DNA of 62,165 bases, counting the filler, from Squatina squatina (lineage: Eukaryota): NCBI GenBank assembly GCA_031763465.1. It is 3 parts of 3 records of this genome, joined end to end, with 100 filler letters (N's around TTAATTAATTAA, not from the genome) between each part and the next. Parts side by side here need not be neighbours in the genome. Positions count along the whole stretch, not along the records: positions 22,849 to 49,237 come from JARFOE010000073.1; positions 49,338 to 62,165 come from JARFOE010000115.1; 1 more part is not named here. One strand, written 5' to 3'. The notes below the pieces were generated by a model that was not told the origin of the DNA, did not search any database, and worked only from the letters and a program-made list of their open reading frames with translations. Each line of letters begins with the position of its first letter. Position 1 is the stretch's first letter. The position numbers and the translations under genes are program-made. This document shows, piece by piece, positions 39,636-49,640 of the stretch.

Positions 39636-40509
39636 TTATTTTCTTTTCTCTCTTTTATTAGTTTACTGCATCTGTAAAATATGTAAATGTGTTTTCATAT
39701 TTTTTTTAAAAAAAATTACTGTTTTATTTTTCAGCTTGAAGAATATTTTTGCACTAATTCCTTCCTTGTTTGCTTCTAGATTAAAAGGGATGTCTGAGTT
39801 ACCCATCAGAATCCCTGCTCAGTGCCACCGTTATCAGACAGCCGTTTTCTCCCACCGAAAACGATGATAATTGGGCCAAAATTTGTAACACTTTCGTTTT
39901 TAAATGGCACGATATATAAAACCAAACAAACAAAAAAAAATCCAAACCAAAATTAAATTGTGAGGTTTTCTGTTCGACCTCTGCTTTCCTAGACTCCTAG
40001 GAGCAGGAGGTGCCAAACCTCCTGTCGGCAAAAAAACTCACCTGTTTTTTTTTCGCCTCTGGCAGGGTCCACCTGCTACCGCCCCACCCCGTACTAAGTG
40101 TGTCCTTTCTGTCACGCCGTAGGGAGCACCGGCGNNNNNNNNNNNNNNNNNNNNNNNNNNNNNNNNNNNNNNNNNNNNNNNNNNNNNNNNNNNNNNNNNN
40201 NNNNNNNNNNNNNNNNNNNNNNNNNNNNNNNNNNGTTGGGAGAAAGGCTAATAGAGTATACAGTTTAGTAAATTGAAATAGTGAAACTATTCACTTGATG
40301 AATCAGTATCAAGCTGATATTGTCAGGATTTTCACTAGAAGAATGGAAAGGGTAACTGAGGATATTAAAATGGATGCCTTACCACAAAGCACTATTGAGG
40401 CAGTGATTGGAACATCGTTTAAATACGAATAGGATAGGATAAGTGTTTGAAAGGGAAGAATATAAAAGGACATTGGGTAAGGGCACGGAAACAGGATTAG
40501 AGGAAATGG

Positions 40510-40632
40510 CTATTATCCCTGCCCTGTGTCTGTTTATTCCTGGTAAATTATATTGCCCAGTAACCCTGCCCTATGTCTGTGTTTATTTCTGGTCCATTAT
40601 ATTGCCCACTAACCCTGCCCTGTGTCTGTATT
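40510..40632. repeat. Short degenerate tandem repeat (ccctgccct(g/a)tgtctgt core, three copies)
   Basis: The core repeats three times at about 47-50 bp spacing. Confidence 0.7.
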
Positions 40633-40643
40633 CACTCCTGCAG

Positions 40644-40732
40644 TGGCCAGGCTGAGAAGAATGCCAACTTTGAAGCCCTGCCAGAAGACTGGCGAGAGAG
40701 ACTGAAGAGGAGGAAAATGACTTCAAACTCCT
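40644..40732 (+). CDS. FNBP4: FNBP4 last coding exon: GQAEKNANFEALPEDWRERLKRRKMTSNS (stop in gap)
   Basis: Acceptor cctgcag|; matches the FNBP4 C-terminus NANFEALPEDWRARLKRRKM; lies upstream of AGBL2 as in human. Confidence 0.9.
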
Positions 40733-40957
40733 NNNNNNNNNNTATATTTGTGTAAATCACTGTGACTGAGTTAGGTAGTGGGTCTGTGAGCAGCTTGGTG
40801 CATGAGCAGTAGATTTAGTAGACTGTATCCTGCTTTCATTTTTTATTAATGTGAGCGACAAAAAAATCCACGTATTAAAATGACATGCATCCGGGCTGTG
40901 AACTAATTGTGCCCATTTGCAGTTTCATATCTGTGCTGTACATTTGTATATAACATC

Positions 40958-40963
40958 AATAAA
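40958..40963 (+). promoter_or_regulatory. Candidate FNBP4 polyadenylation signal
   Basis: AATAAA about 230 bp after the coding end, preceded by TGTA motifs. Confidence 0.5.
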
Positions 40964-41231
40964 ACCTCTTTTTTACAATGGTTTGGCGGCGTCTTTGTCC
41001 AAACTCATGGTGCACCAAACGCTCCATGGTGTTGCTAATAAACATTATCCTGTTCCTAATAAACCACACAAATTCAACCCTGTTCCTGATAAACAACACA
41101 CGCTGCATCTTACAAAAGCAAAATACTGCAGNNNNNNNNNNNNNNNNNNNNNNNNNNNNNNNNNNNNNNNNNNNNNNNNNNNNNNNNNNNNNNNNNNNNN
41201 NNNNNNNNNNNNNNNNNNNNNNNNNNNNNNN

Positions 41232-41694
41232 GCTACTTTGCCCACTCTTACCCGTACACGTACTCCAATCTGCAGCGTTACTTAGCAACCATCGCCAACG
41301 ACCCCGTCCGATCCCAGTACTGCAGGCTGCGGGCGCTGTGCCGCAGCCTGGCCGGGAACACAGTTCACGTGCTGACCATCACGTCCCCGTCTAGGAACCA
41401 AGGAGCCGGCCCCACCAAGAAGGCGGTGGTGGTGACATCCAGAGTCCACCCAGGAGAGACCAACGGATCGTGGGTGATGACAGGGTTCCTGGACCACATC
41501 CTGGGCAGCTCCGATGATGCCCGGCTCCTGCGCGATATGTTCATCTTTAAGGTGGTGCCCATGTTGAATCCGGACGGAGTGATTGTGGGCAACTACCGCT
41601 GCTCGCTGACTGGCCGAGACCTAAACCGAAACTACCAGACAGTGCTGCGGGATGCTTTTCCCTGCATCTGGCACACCAGGAACATGGTGCGGAG
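41232..41694 (+). CDS. AGBL2: AGBL2 (cytosolic carboxypeptidase 2) large catalytic exon, 5' end in gap
   Basis: YFAHSYPYTYS...RVHPGETNGSW...VPMLNPDGVIVGNYRCSLTGRDLNR|gtgagt (M14 zinc motif); position between FNBP4 and MTCH2 favours AGBL2 over AGBL3. Confidence 0.9.
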
Positions 41695-41954
41695 GTGAGT
41701 ATCACAGTTTCATGAGTTGCTCTGAGTACGTGTGAGATGCACTTGGTTCTGTTGGAAGATAAATGTGTGCTTGGAATTTACACTGGATTTGATGTTAACG
41801 TGACTGAGCGATAAGAAGGGAGGTTGTGCAGTCTCAATACAGCCAAACACTGCCCTGTACTGGGCAACGGCTTGCAGTACTACTGGGGGAGAATGTACGC
41901 TGACTGTTGTGGGAAATGGAAAATATCACATCTATATGAGCTGGCATATAGTGG

Positions 41955-42264
41955 AGATGGTACAGGGAGAGGGAGCTGGGAATGGAGAGCTGGTGCTAGG
42001 ACTAGGAGGCAGGTGGGGATGGTACAGGGAAGGCGAGCTGGGAAAGTGGGGCAGGGGGAGATGGTACAGGGAGAGGGAGCTGGGAATGGAGAGCTGGTGG
42101 GGATGGTACAGGGAGAGGGAGCTGTGAATGGGGAGCTGGTGGGGATGGTACAGGGAGGAGGGGGAGCTGTGAATGGGGAGATGGTGAGGATGGTACAGGG
42201 AGAGGGAGCTGTGAATGGGAAGCTGGTGGGGATGGCACAGGGAGAGGGAGCTGTGAATGGGGGG
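41955..42264. repeat. G-rich minisatellite, about 42-bp unit
   Basis: gggatggtacagggagagggagctgtgaatggggagctggtg, about seven copies. Confidence 0.92.
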
Positions 42265-42364
42265 NNNNNNNNNNNNNNNNNNNNNNNNNNNNNNNNNNNN
42301 NNNNNNNNNNNNNNNNNNNNNNNNNNNNNNNNNNNNNNNNNNNNNNNNNNNNNNNNNNNNNNNN

Positions 42365-42562
42365 TGGGTGTCTGGGGTCTGGGAAACCCATCTCTGTGTG
42401 AGGCTGGGGGTCTGGGGTCTGGGAAACCCGTCTCTGTGTGAGGCTGGGTGTCTGGGGTCTCTGAAACCCGACCCTGTGTGAGACTGGGCGTCTGGGGTCT
42501 CTGAAACCCGACCCTGTGTGAGGCTGGGTATCTGGGGTCTGGGAAAACCATCTCTGTGTGAG
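42365..42562. repeat. Minisatellite, 40-bp unit, five copies
   Basis: tctggggtctgggaaacccgtctctgtgtgaggctgggtg. Confidence 0.92.
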
Positions 42563-43126
42563 CCTCGGAGCCCAGGGTCCAGGAATTCGGGGTCCAGGCT
42601 TTTAACAGGATCCGGCTGAGTTCAGTGACCACTCGGTACGACGTGCTATCCCATTTGGTGTGGGGCATTAATTTGTGATGTGCCTGCTGTCACTGAGGAG
42701 GAGGTCACAGAGTGGCCACCAATGGAGGGTTTGGAATTTCTCTCCAGGGAAGGATCACTGACCTTCAGCTGTCCCTGTGTACCTCTGAGACCTGGGAGCA
42801 TGTCCCTAAGAGGCTGCCAGAGTTGGGTTACTGTCCTTGAGCTGTCCCTGAGGCTTGGGAGCAGAACCTGTTTCCTCCCTTTTCCCAGCACAATGCATGG
42901 AGATGCACTTCAGGATGAACATACTTTTAGCAGAGGGAGCCTCAGCCTCTGAAACACTCCAGCTTGCATATGGTTTCGCACCGCTGGGCAGTCACTCAGA
43001 AAATCTAGTGGCCACAGGATCAGGTGAATAGTGCTCTGCTCCACCAGGCCCGAGCCAAGACCTCTGGCCCAAAGTGTTCTCCTCACTTCCAGAACATTCT
43101 TTGAATAAAATATCTTCTGTGTACAG

Positions 43127-43303
43127 GAAGAATCTTGCAGCATCTGCTGACGTAAGCAAGTCCCTCAAAATAGCACAGAGGGCCCACAGTAGCAGCAGAT
43201 CCAGGGTACAGGACGACAGCGGAGGAAGGCAAGGGCCTAGGGGCCTGCTCACCATGGCAACAGCCTCACTGGTCAGCATGGACACTGTGCTGGAGCAGAA
43301 GGG
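43127..43303 (+). CDS. Possible divergent exon (perhaps the AGBL2 C-terminal region)
   Basis: gtacag|...|gtaagt with an open frame of 177 bp; no recognisable motif. Confidence 0.3.
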
Positions 43304-44025
43304 GTAAGTGGTTTTATTAAATTGATGCTGATTGATCACGGGCGAGAACGAAGGGAAATTTGTGGACANNNNNNNNNNNNNNNNNNNNNNNNNNNNNNNN
43401 NNNNNNNNNNNNNNNNNNNNNNNNNNNNNNNNNNNNNNNNNNNNNNNNNNNNNNNNNNNNNNNNNNNNGACTTTGTTTTAAGAGGCAAGGCTCCTTCTCT
43501 GAGTCTTTCCCAACATTTGATTTTGAGAAAAGATTGGCTGCTGTTTCTATTGAGTCCCTGAAATTATGTCAGGCTCAAAGACAAGCCCTCCTTAACCCAG
43601 CTGTAGCGCCTCCTGCATCAACTACTCCGGGACAGGCCCGCACTGCCCCTCCCACAGACAAGGTGCAGGGGATTACACAGCAGCCTGCGGGTCGTATTGG
43701 GTTCGAGTCCCAGAAACTCAGCACCTGCACAGGTTTGGTGGGCCCAGAGGTTTGGATCAATCCTAAATCAGAGCACCAGTTGGGCTGGTATCAGCGTCTG
43801 ACAATAGATGGCAATTAACGGGGACCTAGATGTACACGTACATTAAACCTGAAGATGGAGAGAGCCTGGGAGCTCGTGTCTTGTCAGGTCAGCTGCCTTT
43901 GCACTGCTGTTGCAGATGCAGTACGTTTCAAAGGTGTCTGAGCTGTGTTGCTGCTGGTTTATTGACGCGATCTCCTGTGGTGACGAACATTCCTTTAGGC
44001 TGTCTTTCTGCTGCTTTCCTTACAG

Positions 44026-44093
44026 TTCCTGGCCAGTATGCTGACCTACCCCTTTGTGCTCATCTCCAATCTGATGGCAGTCAATAACTGTGG
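44026..44093 (+). CDS. MTCH2: MTCH2 exon: FLASMLTYPFVLISNLMAVNNCG
   Basis: 68 bp, ttacag|...|gtgagt; matches MTCH2 FFASMLTYPFVLVSNLMAVNNCG. Confidence 0.92.
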
Positions 44094-44312
44094 GTGAGTC
44101 GGCCCTTCATTCTCTTCTCCGTCCCCAGTACAAAGTGAGGCTGGGCTCCAGGAACCAAGACACAGACATGTCTCACATCTCTGCTCAGACCCGCTTTGTG
44201 TGGCTGGAAGCANNNNNNNNNNNNNNNNNNNNNNNNNNNNNNNNNNNNNNNNNNNNNNNNNNNNNNNNNNNNNNNNNNNNNNNNNNNNNNNNNNNNNNNN
44301 NNNNNNNNNNNN

Positions 44313-44568
44313 GGTACAGTATGGGTTAGATACAGAGTAAAGCTCCCTCTACATTGACCCATCACAAATTCTGAGGACAGGTACAGCATGGGTTAGATAC
44401 AGAGTAAAGCTCCCTCTACACTGTCCCATCAAACACTCCCAGGGGCAGGTGTAGCATGGGTTAGATACAAAGTAAAGCCCCCCTCTATACCGTCCCATCA
44501 AACGTTCCCAGGGCAGGTACAGCAGAGTTCAGATACAGAGTAAAGCTCCCTCTACACTGTCCCATCAA
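44313..44568. repeat. Minisatellite, about 66-bp unit, four copies
   Basis: ggtacagcatgggttagatacagagtaaagctccctctacactgtcccatcaaacactcccag. Confidence 0.92.
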
Positions 44569-44985
44569 TGTCCTTCAGCACCATACTGGAGTATGGAATG
44601 CTGCTTCCCATTGGACTGGAAAAGATGATTGCAATCCGTCTGATGCCGAAGTTGAAAGCTCAGTGTTGTACATAGCGTATCATCGAGTGCCCCATCCAGT
44701 GCATCGTTTGTGACTTCTTGGCCCTGTGAGGCAGTGCCAGCAACAGCAGATTGATGTGAGGAGTGTGATTGAAGAGTTATGGCTATCAGAATGTCAGTCA
44801 GAACAAGTGGCAGGCCTGCTGTGCAATGCAGCAGAAAGGAAAAGGATCATCGCCTTCTTGGAGGGTGTGTGCACGTGAGTGTATGTGTCGTCTCTCCTGG
44901 TGTTGAGCTATCGAACAGCAGGCTGTCCCCACTGACTTATTGGTTGTTGAATCACTGTCTAATGTGTGTGTGTGTCTCTCCCCAG

Positions 44986-45061
44986 TCTGGTTGGTGGCCT
45001 CCCTCCCTATGCAGCTGTGTACACTTCATGGATTGACTGCTGGCGCCAGCTGAGCAGAGAG
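44986..45061 (+). CDS. MTCH2: MTCH2 exon: LVGGLPPYAAVYTSWIDCWRQLSRE
   Basis: 76 bp, ccccag|...|gtgagt; in phase with exon 44026-44093; PPY...YTSWIDCW motif. Confidence 0.92.
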
Positions 45062-45311
45062 GTGAGTAGATCTGCTGGTTAGACGCACTGCTTGTACTGC
45101 AAGCTGTATAGGCCTGTTGTAACTGCCTGTATTCACTGTGCACAGTCACTGCGTGGAGCCTCCCTGGCCCCTGAGATTGATGGAATGGAGTGTGTTCTCA
45201 GCTGATGTGCANNNNNNNNNNNNNNNNNNNNNNNNNNNNNNNNNNNNNNNNNNNNNNNNNNNNNNNNNNNNNNNNNNNNNNNNNNNNNNNNNNNNNNNNN
45301 NNNNNNNNNNN

Positions 45312-45630
45312 TCATCTCACCCTATTATCATATCCTTATATTCCTTTCTCCCTCATATGCTTCTCTAGCTTCCCCTTAAATGCATCTGTTATTCACCTCA
45401 ACGACTCATTGTGGTAGCAAGCACTTTCTGGGTAAAGAAGTTTCTCCTGAATTCCCTTTTGGATTTATTAGTGACCATCTTATATTTATGGCTTCTACTT
45501 TTGGACTCCCCACAAGTGGAAACATTTTCTTCACGTCTACACCCTCAGGTTTCTCATATTGAGACAAAAGAGTCCCAGCCTGTTCAGCTTTTCCTCAGAG
45601 GTATATCCTCTCTCAGTTCAGATGTCATCC
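45312..45630 (-). mobile_element. Decayed CR1 LINE 3' fragment
   Basis: Similar to 9860-10020 (tgtggtagc...ctgggtaaagaagtttctcctgaattcc). Confidence 0.5.
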
Positions 45631-45694
45631 TTTTTTGCCTGTATCACTCTCGGTACAGGGATTACTCTGCCTAGCCCTATGCGGGCGAGAGCTA

Positions 45695-45890
45695 TAGTGT
45701 GTGTGACAGTGTGTATGTGATGGTGTGAGAGTGATAGTGTGGGATAGGCAGTGTGTGAAAATGTGAAAGATAGCGTGTGATAGTGTGGGTGTGTGAGACA
45801 GATAGAATATGTGATAGTGTGAGACACAGTGTGATAGACAGTGACTGCATGAGAAAGAACGTGCTAGTGAGAGAGTGTGTATGTGTGGGG
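45695..45890. repeat. GT/GA-rich low-complexity microsatellite region
   Basis: Repeated gtgtgtga/gatagtgt units. Confidence 0.7.
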
Positions 45891-46151
45891 CTGGGGCAGA
45901 GTATGAGCCGAGGCCTTGCAGTCCATTGTTAGGCAGTGCCCCACAGCTAGGATCCAGGGTGTGAGGATGATACCTGGGACAGCTGCGACATCCCCATGGT
46001 TGCATGCCCCACTAACTCACGTGGCTATCTGAGCGCGACGTGAGGGGTGGTCTACCACCTTCAGGAGGAACGGGGAGAAAAGGTGCATAGGGGTCGTCGG
46101 TGATGGACAAGAACACTTTTGAGACACAGGAGCGAGCCAGACGGACAAGGT

Positions 46152-46157
46152 TTTATT
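46152..46157 (-). promoter_or_regulatory. Candidate polyadenylation signal, probably of the MADD 3'UTR
   Basis: AATAAA on the minus strand downstream of the MADD exons, in UTR-like sequence. Confidence 0.4.
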
Positions 46158-47727
46158 GCAACATTCAAGGTACTGTACAGTGCTATAAATACATGTAATA
46201 CTGAAATATTTACACCAGAAATCCCCTTCCTACAGCAGCAAGCATCAAACACAAAAAATAAAACCCTTCTGGCAAAACTAGATCAGAATATCCAACATAA
46301 AAACACGCACAACATACAGAAGCTGCAGCAAGTTCCAGTCCTGGGGACACGCTGAAGATTTAGGCCTCAGCCACACTGCCATCGGTCATTCGTTGCAATG
46401 TATACTCACTACTTCACTTCCCATCAGCTCGCTATCCAATGGCCTGGCAGATGGTTGTGGGTGCCGGGGGATCGTGGGGTGAGGAGCTATCGCTATCACT
46501 GCCAGTAAGAGTAACTAGGAAATAAACAAGTCACAATAACCCTTCTCTGGAGAGGGGATTATTCNNNNNNNNNNNNNNNNNNNNNNNNNNNNNNNNNNNN
46601 NNNNNNNNNNNNNNNNNNNNNNNNNNNNNNNNNNNNNNNNNNNNNNNNNNNNNNNNNNNNNNNNGTAGTGGCCTCATTCCCTGCTCCTGCCCTTTACAGT
46701 CTGTTTGAAACATCAAAGCTACCAAGAGGATCCGACGCACAGCATGCGCAAGCCAGAGCGACCACCCACCCACCCCATGCAGATCTCACCGTGAACTCTA
46801 GAAATGTCTTGAGAGGGACCGAGCCCCCAACTTTCCACAGCGCACAGTTCAAAGCCGTGGACTGCACGCTCCCCTCCTTGCCTGCTCCCGCCCCGAGGGA
46901 GTGTCTCCGTTGCTGTGAGGTTTGAGTGACGCTCGTGCCTGGCACGGAGTCAATATTAAATATTTAATTACCAAATTCTTCCAGGACAAAGACTCCTTTG
47001 ACTGTATTGCACTTTTTAATGTGACTCAGTTCAATGAAAACCTGAAAACAAACAGAAAGAAAAGGTCATTAGCCAAGACCGAAAACAAATACCTTGGAAA
47101 AATGTCTTTTTTTTATAAATCAAAATGTTGAATGTCACAGCAGATCTAGCAAATAGCGTGTAAAAAATAAAGATATAAATCCCACAATCTGCCACAAAGC
47201 AAAACTAAAAGAATGAGAAATTATTGCTAAGAAGCAAAGACAGCAGTAGACTGGTACCTTCCACTCCTTGCAGGAGGAGAAAGCATGGAAGAGAAATGGT
47301 CTGAATTAATACCAGGCACGCCAAGGAGACACTCACCCCTCACACACCACACTCTCTCCCCTGTCCTTGTTCATATAGTGCCAGGCACAGGGGGCTGCCA
47401 GATAACACCCAGGGATGATCACCCACACAGACTCACTGCTTCCCTTCACATCACATTTGCATACAGCCCGGTTAACAGTTCAATACATGGGCATATACCA
47501 TATGAATAGACATCCTCATCTCTGCATATGGCAAGTATGCATAAGCCTTCCTCAACTCTACACTTAATCTAACAATGAAGATACAGACCTAGAAAGAAAC
47601 CACAGCTCACAATGCGCCCTCTTGCACTGTGTACAGTAGGCTGTACCAGCATCCTGGGGAACAGGGCAGTGTTCCAGCACACACAAGCAATTCGGCTCAT
47701 TAAACTGTGTCACATGATCCATCTAAT

Positions 47728-47902
47728 ATAATCCCACTCTCCCCGTACCCCTCAATATCCTACCCAGTCTAATCCCACTCTCCTGCACACTACCCGACCC
47801 TTTAAAATCCCACAGAGTCTAATCCCACTCTCCACTCGCTCCCCATAGCCTTTAATATCCCACAGACTAATCCCACTCTCCTGCTCACTCCCCATACCCT
47901 TT
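47728..47902. repeat. Minisatellite, about 40-50 bp unit (taatcccactctcc...), four copies
   Basis: taatcccactctcc core occurs four times. Confidence 0.85.
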
Positions 47903-48049
47903 NNNNNNNNNNNNNNNNNNNNNNNNNNNNNNNNNNNNNNNNNNNNNNNNNNNNNNNNNNNNNNNNNNNNNNNNNNNNNNNNNNNNNNNNNNNNNNNNNN
48001 NNCTGCACTCGCCTGCAGTGCCACCACACTGATTACGTTGGCAATGTAC

Positions 48050-48122
48050 CTGGTTTGATGCTCTGTTGCCTTGCAGCTGCACGCTCCATGCTGTCCTTCA
48101 CACAGTAGTACAACTCTCGACA
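48050..48122 (-). CDS. MADD: MADD exon: [24 protein letters not shown]
   Basis: 73 bp, gacag|...|gtacat; MADD C-terminal match. Confidence 0.93.
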
Positions 48123-48394
48123 CTGTCGAAGAACCACACAATAAATAGTGTCACTTACATTGAGGGGGTGGGGAGACGCAGAGACAGAAGTGGAGGGGGT
48201 GGGGTGGGGTGGGGATGGAGGGCCAGCGAGGGCCAGCCGGACACGGGGCCCGGCAGACACAGAGCCAGCGAGAGCCAGGCAGACACAGAGCCTGGCAGAG
48301 AAAAAGACTGACGGACAGAAAGTAAGAGTCAGTGAGAGTTAGGGCGAAGAACCATAAACGAGTGTTCACTTAGAGATGGAGCCTGTGCTTGTAC

Positions 48395-48536
48395 CTTCTT
48401 GGTGTAGAATTTGTTGAGCTGGGTCTCCTGCCCATTGCGTCTCCATAGACACAAGACCTTGGTTTTGGGACAGTATGTCATGTTGATGAGCTTCTCGTAC
48501 CACCACCGCTCGTAGACAGTCCCAATGTTACTACGC
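48395..48536 (-). CDS. MADD: MADD exon (5' end in gap): [47 protein letters not shown]
   Basis: Donor AAG|gtacaa; in frame with exon 48050-48122. Confidence 0.95.
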
Positions 48537-48683
48537 NNNNNNNNNNNNNNNNNNNNNNNNNNNNNNNNNNNNNNNNNNNNNNNNNNNNNNNNNNNNNNNN
48601 NNNNNNNNNNNNNNNNNNNNNNNNNNNNNNNNNNNNGACCCTAACCATACTGCCCCCCACCAGCCCAGCATGAGAGAGCTGAC

Positions 48684-48789
48684 CTTGACCATCAGCATGT
48701 AGATAATCATGTTGAACAGCAACGTGGACAGCAGTCGGTCCTCATCATCCTCCAGCCGTTTTCGGTCATGATCCCCCAGTGACAGATAC
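48684..48789 (-). CDS. MADD: MADD exon: [35 protein letters not shown]
   Basis: 106 bp, ctgcag|...|gtcagc. Confidence 0.92.
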
Positions 48790-48883
48790 CTGCAGGAAGA
48801 GAGTCTGATAGCTTAACTAACAGAGGACTACACTCACCACCCACTGCACCCCTTCACTGTTCAGTGGTAGAGACGTGCCGTAC

Positions 48884-49004
48884 CTGTCGATCATTTCCTG
48901 TGGTCCCTGGTCCATGCCCATTCCTTCTCTCTCCAGCATTACTGCGTCCAGGTAGGTGTCCTCCCAGAACTGGACCTGGTCCCACAGCACCGAGCGTTCC
49001 TTAC
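48884..49004 (-). CDS. MADD: MADD exon: [40 protein letters not shown]
   Basis: 121 bp, cctcag|...|gtacgg; its phase-2 end matches the next exon. Confidence 0.94.
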
Positions 49005-49237
49005 CTGAGGAGGAGCAAGTGAGACAGTCAGATCTGTTGATCTCTTGCCCACTCAGCCAGGGCCACTAGTCACTTCACTCAACACACAGCAGCGGCGTGC
49101 ACCGAGGAGCTTCCCTGATTAGCCCAGCGTGGAGGCGGTGTGGGACAGGCTGGATCAGAGCACGGCACCACTGGTGGGGATTCTGTGTTGCTCACACATT
49201 CTTCCCACCAGATGCAGAAGGACCAGAATATAAGCAA

Positions 49238-49337
49238 NNNNNNNNNNNNNNNNNNNNNNNNNNNNNNNNNNNNNNNNNNNNTTAATTAATTAANNNNNNN
49301 NNNNNNNNNNNNNNNNNNNNNNNNNNNNNNNNNNNNN
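49238..49337. other. Artificial scaffold linker 44N-TTAATTAATTAA-44N
   Basis: Same structure as 22749-22848. Confidence 0.97.
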
Positions 49338-49511
49338 GAAGCACTACAGGACATCTTATAAAAATGCAAGCAGCTGTTTAGTCACAGCTTTCTGAAGAGC
49401 TGGGATACATAAAGAAAAATAAAATAAGACAAAGTAGCTTTAAAACTGAAGAAAAAAAATTAACTTAAGGTTATAATTATTTACAATATAGAAATTATAA
49501 ATTGTCCATAC

Positions 49512-49640
49512 CTTCGGTTCCTGCTTCTTGATCTAGATCGTCGTGATCTGTAGGATTTCCCTCGATCCCGTGATCTGCTCCGACTGCTTCGCTTCTTTCG
49601 GACCTCATATGACGAGCTGCTGCTGGAGCGTCGCCTATGC
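49512..49640 (-). CDS. RSRC1: RSRC1 second coding exon: HRRRSSSSSSYEVRKKRSSRSRSRDRGKSYRSRRSRSRSRNR
   Basis: 129 bp, tttcag|...|gtatgg; RS domain with the SSSSSSY and RGKSYR motifs of RSRC1; linked to SHOX2. Confidence 0.88.

Noticed and set aside
41824-42668. 205-aa and 262-aa ORFs (GEGAVNGELVGMVQ / PFTAPSPCTIPTS repeats)
   Set aside because: Translations of two minisatellites read through a gap.
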